Shown piece after piece: positions 58,461 to 64,000 of a DNA stretch of 64,000 bases. The notes beneath the pieces are model-generated. The model saw nothing but the letters and a program-made list of their open reading frames with translations. It did not search any database and had not been told where the DNA came from. Within the stretch, counting starts at the first letter, position 1; each line of letters opens with the position of its first letter. This DNA comes from Octopus vulgaris (taxonomy: Eukaryota), in assembly GCA_951406725.2 (NCBI GenBank), contig OX597832.1, forward strand, positions 19,530,001 through 19,594,000, given 5' to 3'. Both the position numbers and the translations under genes were made by a program.

Positions 58461-59439
58461 AAAAGAAATATATGATATATTCATATATATGGATATATAT
58501 ATATGCAAGTATATGTATATAAATACATATCTATACATAAACGTTTATTAATATATATATATATGTATGTGTATGCTTGTGCGTGTATGTGCGTGCGTGC
58601 ATGTGTGTGTTCAAGGTTAAATTTATATTTGTGTATATGTGCATTGTATATGCGTATATATTCCGGAATATGTGTATTTGTGACTGTATAAATTGCGCCA
58701 GTATGTGTGAGCGGGTGGTTATTTATATAAGAAGCAGCAGACCTGGGGGCAATTGGCTTTACATGGCACGCCATTTAAAGCACCAGATTTTAAAGATTTA
58801 TTTTTAGCGCAACTTGACAGAACTAATAAATGCGACACACATATTATACCTAACACACTCAGGCATATATATATATATATACATATATACTTACATACAT
58901 ACTCATTAACACACACTCTGTCCTTCTCTCTCTCTTTCTCTCTCACACACACACGCACACATACGCATGCATGCTTGTACACACATATATGAACGACGAA
59001 GCTACTCGCAATTACACCATACTGTACAATTCAATTCATTTTAATCGCAATATAACTTAATTAGGTCCATCGAATAATTAATATGTAATTACGAATAATT
59101 CGATTCTCCGACTGTGTTCGTCGGTAGGAAATCTATTGGAAAGAATATTTCTATACAAAGCAAAGGAAGAATATAAATAGCTCTGTTTCATAGCTTAGCA
59201 GATCACAGCCACAGTTAGAGAGCTTTATTTTTTTATCCGGCTCCATTTGATCAACTGGGCGAAAGATCGTTGAATCTAGTGTCTTGTTAAAATACATTTG
59301 GTCGCATGGGGTAAGATACAAAATCGACTGAATCGGATAAATGTACCATAACGAGCGATCTTTTTTGTTTTGTACCGAGCTATAATATGTCCTACATTTT
59401 TTTGAGATTACAAAAGTGTGCGAAGTGATGCTCGTTAGA

Positions 59440-59870
59440 TATAAGAGCGATTAGATTATCTCGCCCTCGAGAAATTAGGTGAAAGTAATGTTATTGCCCT
59501 AGATATCAGTAAAGCTTTTGTGCGTGTCTCAGATGAGAATCCGCTGTCAGAAATTTGCCCGCCATTGGGTTTCAACCATCTCTCACCATCACGGTGTGTG
59601 TACAGATGGCACACTCTTTCTAACCAAAGCATTAGCAACTCTAATGTTTCTCACGACTCGATTTTGTGTCCCACATTCTTCGTTCTATATTTCACTTGCC
59701 TCTTTTCTGTCAATTCCTAAATCTCTCACCATAACCTACCACATCAAAGCTTTATCTAAGTGCAGCCTAGATACTTAACTCCCAAACCCGCACTTATTCA
59801 ATGAAACATCAAAATGCCTCCTCGAATGGAACCATGTCGATCTTCCCTTCTTCAATGCACATATTATAAC
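59440..59870 (+). mobile_element. CR1-type reverse-transcriptase relic
   Basis: Plus translation ALEKLGESNVIALDISKAFVRV matches the RT motif LDISKAFDRV. Confidence 0.6.
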
Positions 59871-60049
59871 ACAATAAACATTATTGCATGATCCTTACTT
59901 TCGTACGTTCTCAAGATAGTAAAGACTGCATCTTGAAAATGACTTTTCCCTTTAGATTTTGGTTTTATAAGAAAATCTCAAGTAAATTGAGAAGCCATTT
60001 AGAATAAGGAACTATAAACTATGAAGAAAGGGCAGTTAAGAAGAAAGGA

Positions 60050-60680
60050 ATGAATTTACACTAAACTTGAAACAGTTCGGATAATAAGAAGGAGGAAAAA
60101 CTTTGCGATAAAAGAGAGTTCCAAAATCTAGTAGTTTGATTAAAAAAAAAAGGAAAAAAGCAATGACTGTAGAAAGACTTTCTTATTCGTGTAGGTATGT
60201 CATCATTTGGAAGAATTTCAGAGTTTCGAGATGGTACAATGTATTCATCAGAGATTTTGTTGTAGTAATAACGATAGAAAACACTAAGACTGGTGACGTC
60301 ACGCCGATGCGACAAGAGGTGCAGAGTTGAAGCAAGAGAGGGACAAATCAAATTGGTGACTTTCTTCTCAACCCGGTCGAAGTGATCCACGTGACAAGAT
60401 AGTGCACCGAGCTGGCAGATACATTAGCACGCCGTGCGAAATGCCTAACGGTATTTCGTTTGCCGTTACATTCTGAGTCCAAATTCCGCCGGAGTCGACT
60501 TTGCCTTTCATCCTTTCGGGGTCGATAAACTAAGTACCAGTTACGCACTGGGGTCGATGTAATCGACTTAATCCGTTTGTCTGTCCTTGTTTATTCCCTC
60601 TATGTTTTGCCCCTTGTGGTCGATAAACAAATAAGATAGTGCACCTGCCCAAATATTACAGTAGTATTCAATACAAGGGT
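60050..60680 (-). mobile_element. CR1-type LINE ORF2 C-terminal relic interrupted by SINE-B
   Basis: PCIEYYCNIWAGA..DRVEKK..LSHRRDVTSLSVFYRYYY..FFP..TTRFWNSL. Confidence 0.78.
60409..60632 (+). mobile_element. SINE-B monomer (tail 1) with 13-bp TSD
   Basis: aagatagtgcacc at 60396-60408 and 60633-60645. Confidence 0.92.
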
Positions 60681-60682
60681 GG

Positions 60683-60920
60683 TGGAGCGTGGCTTAGTGG
60701 TTAGGGTGTGGAACTCATGACCGTAAGGTTGTGGTTTCGATTCCTGGGCCGGGCGATGCGTTGTGTTCTTCAGCAAAACACTTCATTTCACGTTGCTCCA
60801 GTACACTTAGCTGGCACATATGAGTACTCCTACGACGGACCGCCGTTCCATCCAGGTAGGGAATTTCTACGCCACTGAAACCGGGAAACCGATCCATATG
60901 AGCCTGCCATGGCTCGAGAA
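60683..60920 (+). mobile_element. tRNA-derived SINE-D with CORE-like segment
   Basis: tggcttagtggttaggg (A box), ggtttcgattcc (B box), gtgttcttcagcaaaacactt. Confidence 0.7.
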
Positions 60921-60928
60921 GGAACATT

Positions 60929-61180
60929 TGGAGGCATATGACCTAGTGGTTAGAGCAACGGATAAGCGGTCGAGGGATCGCGGGTTCGAATCTCAGACCG
61001 TGCAATGTGTGTGTTTATGAGCGAAACACTTAAGCTCGAGGCGGCTCTGGCAGAAGGTAATGGCGAACGTCTGCTGACTCTTTCGCCACTCACAAGGCTT
61101 TGGTCGACCCAAGGCTATAGTAGAAGACACTTGCCCAAGGTGCCACGCAGCGGGACTGAACTCATGACCGTGTGGTTGGT
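60929..61180. mobile_element. SINE-C 5' part (plus, 60929-61087) fused to a SINE-A head (minus, 61088-61180)
   Basis: gacctagtggttagagca..gggttcgaatctcag; then cactcacaaggctttggtcg..cacttgcccaaggtgcc. Confidence 0.78.
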
Positions 61181-61203
61181 AAAGAAGCTATATATATATA
61201 TAT

Positions 61204-61259
<56 letters not shown>

Positions 61260-61705
61260 GAGAGCGAGAGAGAGAGACAGACAGAGAGAGCGAGAGAGGA
61301 TGAGAGGGAGAGAGTGATAGAGAAAGATACGACGGTCTTCTTTCAGTTTCCGTATACATAACATATAGGCACAGATATATAAACATACATAGAAATGTAT
61401 ATGCGGGGGTTTATGAATGAAAGCATATTATATTGTATTTATGCTTGGTTTTGCTTTACAACGACATCAGAGTGTTCACAACAGGTTCAAAGAAAAAGTG
61501 TGTAGTGTCCATTGTATGTATGTTATGCGTGTAATGTAAACAGGATTAGAGTCCAACATATAAAGGGTTCTAGCAATCAATCAGTAATATGACACAAATA
61601 TGCGGCCACCAACGTACACGTGTCTAGATATGTGAGTATGTATGTATGTATGTATGTATGTATATGTGTATACTTACATATACTTATCACCCAGCCACTA
61701 CTGCG

Positions 61706-61798
<93 letters not shown>

Positions 61799-61858
61799 TG
61801 TATGTATGTATGTATGTATGTATGTATGTATATATATGTATCTGTGAGTGTGGGGGTG

Positions 61859-62121
<263 letters not shown>

Positions 62122-62153
62122 CAAAGGCATTTCGCTGGATGTATAGATAGATA

Positions 62154-63150
62154 TTATTAGCCACACAGGGCTGCACACAGACGGGACCGATTACAAAGTA
62201 GAGCTTTTCTTTTTGGGGGGAAAAAAGAAAAAAAGGTGGAGTAGGTTTTCGATCAAAAGGGATCGTAAAAGGGAAAGAAGAAAAAAAAAGAGGAAAAGAA
62301 GCAAAAAGACGATCAGTAGGGATCGTGTATCACAGTGTCATGATGTAAAGTGTAAAAGGGGAAGCAGTTAAGGTTTATCCGTGGGAAGAAAAGCTTACGG
62401 AAAAGACCACGGTAAGCTCGGTCAATATTGTTACATGTTACCACATTTGTTTGCAAGTAGGTAACCCTCTGTTTTAAATTTCCGGGTTCATAGGATAATG
62501 CTCAAGGTGGCTTCGTCATTCATACGTGCCATCTTTGCTACATTCACCAATCGTTTTTTAAAACATTCGCTAGACAAAACTTGCCTCGCTACTCTCACTT
62601 TCCTCTTCAAGTGGTACTTGAAGAAGTTGATGAGAGATTGACCAGAGAGGAAAGTGTTTGTCTCCAATCCTTTCAGACGCGTCGACCAGATACATTTTTT
62701 CGCCATAGCCACAAGGATGATGAAAATAGCTCTTCCTTCCCGTTTGAAGGAAGGAGGCGTGACAATATTGACGATAGACTCGCCTGATAAACCGACTCGT
62801 CCCACACGGGACAGTAGTCGTTCGACATAAGCCCACAGGTCGGAAATTGTTGGACACAGCACGTGTGCGTGCAGAACGGTTTTGTCGCTCTGACCGCATC
62901 TCGGGCAGGTTGGCCCCGTGTTTCTCGACCCGTGTCTGTAGAGCTTATCCCGAACGAGTAGGGCTTCTCGGTGGCACTGCCAGGCCAGGGATGTCTGGAA
63001 GTTGTTCATGGGCCCTGGTCCGAAAGTCGTCCTGAACAGGTGGGTCAGGTATTCCTCGTCGACGTCCAGGTTCGTCCCGAGCTCGTCGTCGTACCTCCCC
63101 TCCACTAATCCCCTATAGAATGCTTTGGTTGTGTTGAAGTCACTCAAGGT
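62154..63150 (-). mobile_element. Tx1/L1-clade LINE, 5'-truncated copy 1 (ORF2 C-terminus 63147-62488 plus 3' UTR)
   Basis: Open frame with LAWQCHREAL..CPRCGQSDKTVLHAHVLCP (CX2CX8HX4C, zf-RVT-like)..IW..R; followed by atctatct. Confidence 0.88.
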
Positions 63151-63160
63151 AGGAAGTCAC

Positions 63161-63281
<121 letters not shown>

Positions 63282-63282
63282 T

Positions 63283-64000
63283 GTTTCTTTATTAGCCACA
63301 CAGGGCTGCACACAGATAGAACAAATTACAAGGTAGAGCTTTTCTTTTGAAGGTTTAAAAAAAAAAAAAAAAAAAAAAAAAATAGGAGGGGGGAGTTTCG
63401 ATCAAAAGGGATCGTAAAAGGAGAGAAAGAGGACAAAAAAAGGGGGGTTAAAAAAAAAGGGGGGGGAGGAAAAAAAAATTGATCAATAGGGATCGTTATC
63501 ACAGAAATGTCAATATGAAGTGTAAAGGGGAGGACAGGTGAGGTTTACCCGTGGGAAGAAAAGCCTACGGAAAAGACCACGGTAATCTCGGTCAATGAAG
63601 TCACATTTTATATTTCTTTTTTTTTTTTTTTTTTTTTTGCAAATAAGCAACTCTCTGTTTTCGATTTCTGGGTTCATAGGACTATGCTCAAGGTGGCTTC
63701 GTCATTCATACGTGCCATTCTTGCTACATTCACCCATCTTTTTTTAAAACATTCGCTAGACAAAACTTGCCTCTCTACTCTCACTTTCCTTTTCAAGTGG
63801 TACTTGAAGAAGTTGATGAGAGATTGACCAGAGAGGAAAGTGTTTGTCTCCAATCCTTTCAGACGCGTCCACCAGATACATTCTTTCGCCATAGCCACAA
63901 GGATGATGAAAATAGCTCTTCCTTCCCGTTTGAAGGAAGGAGGCGTGACAATATTGACGATAGACTCAGCTGATAAACCGACTCGTCCCACACGTGACAG
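63283..64000 (-). mobile_element. Tx1/L1-clade LINE copy 2 (3' end; continues beyond the window)
   Basis: ORF ending at 63674 is nearly identical to copy 1; same 3' end gccctgtgtggctaataaagaaa. Confidence 0.9.

Overview
AT-rich eukaryotic non-coding DNA saturated with microsatellites and short retroelements. The repeat content (tRNA-derived SINEs with internal (TA)n/(TG)n and huge di-, tri- and tetranucleotide tracts) resembles an octopus/cephalopod intronic or intergenic region; this is an inference. I recognise no host gene, and almost all listed ORFs are microsatellite translation artefacts. Supported content: about 22 copies of one CORE-like tRNA SINE (here SINE-A), about 11 loci of a second SINE (SINE-B), further tRNA SINEs (C, D), two young tandem 3' fragments of a Tx1/L1-clade LINE, and relics of R4-type, CR1-type and Tc1/mariner elements. 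Most interesting signals: (1) about 13 minimal hammerhead-ribozyme-like motifs in several Penelope-pLTR-like short repeats, one of which has a tRNA (Pol III) head, an (AAT)n spacer and a hammerhead, i.e. a SINE-like ribozyme element; (2) the SINE-B 3' tail matches the 3' end of the Tx1-like LINE; (3) repeated fold-back palindromes at (TA)n edges, one carrying a hammerhead in each arm. Family names A-D are my own labels.
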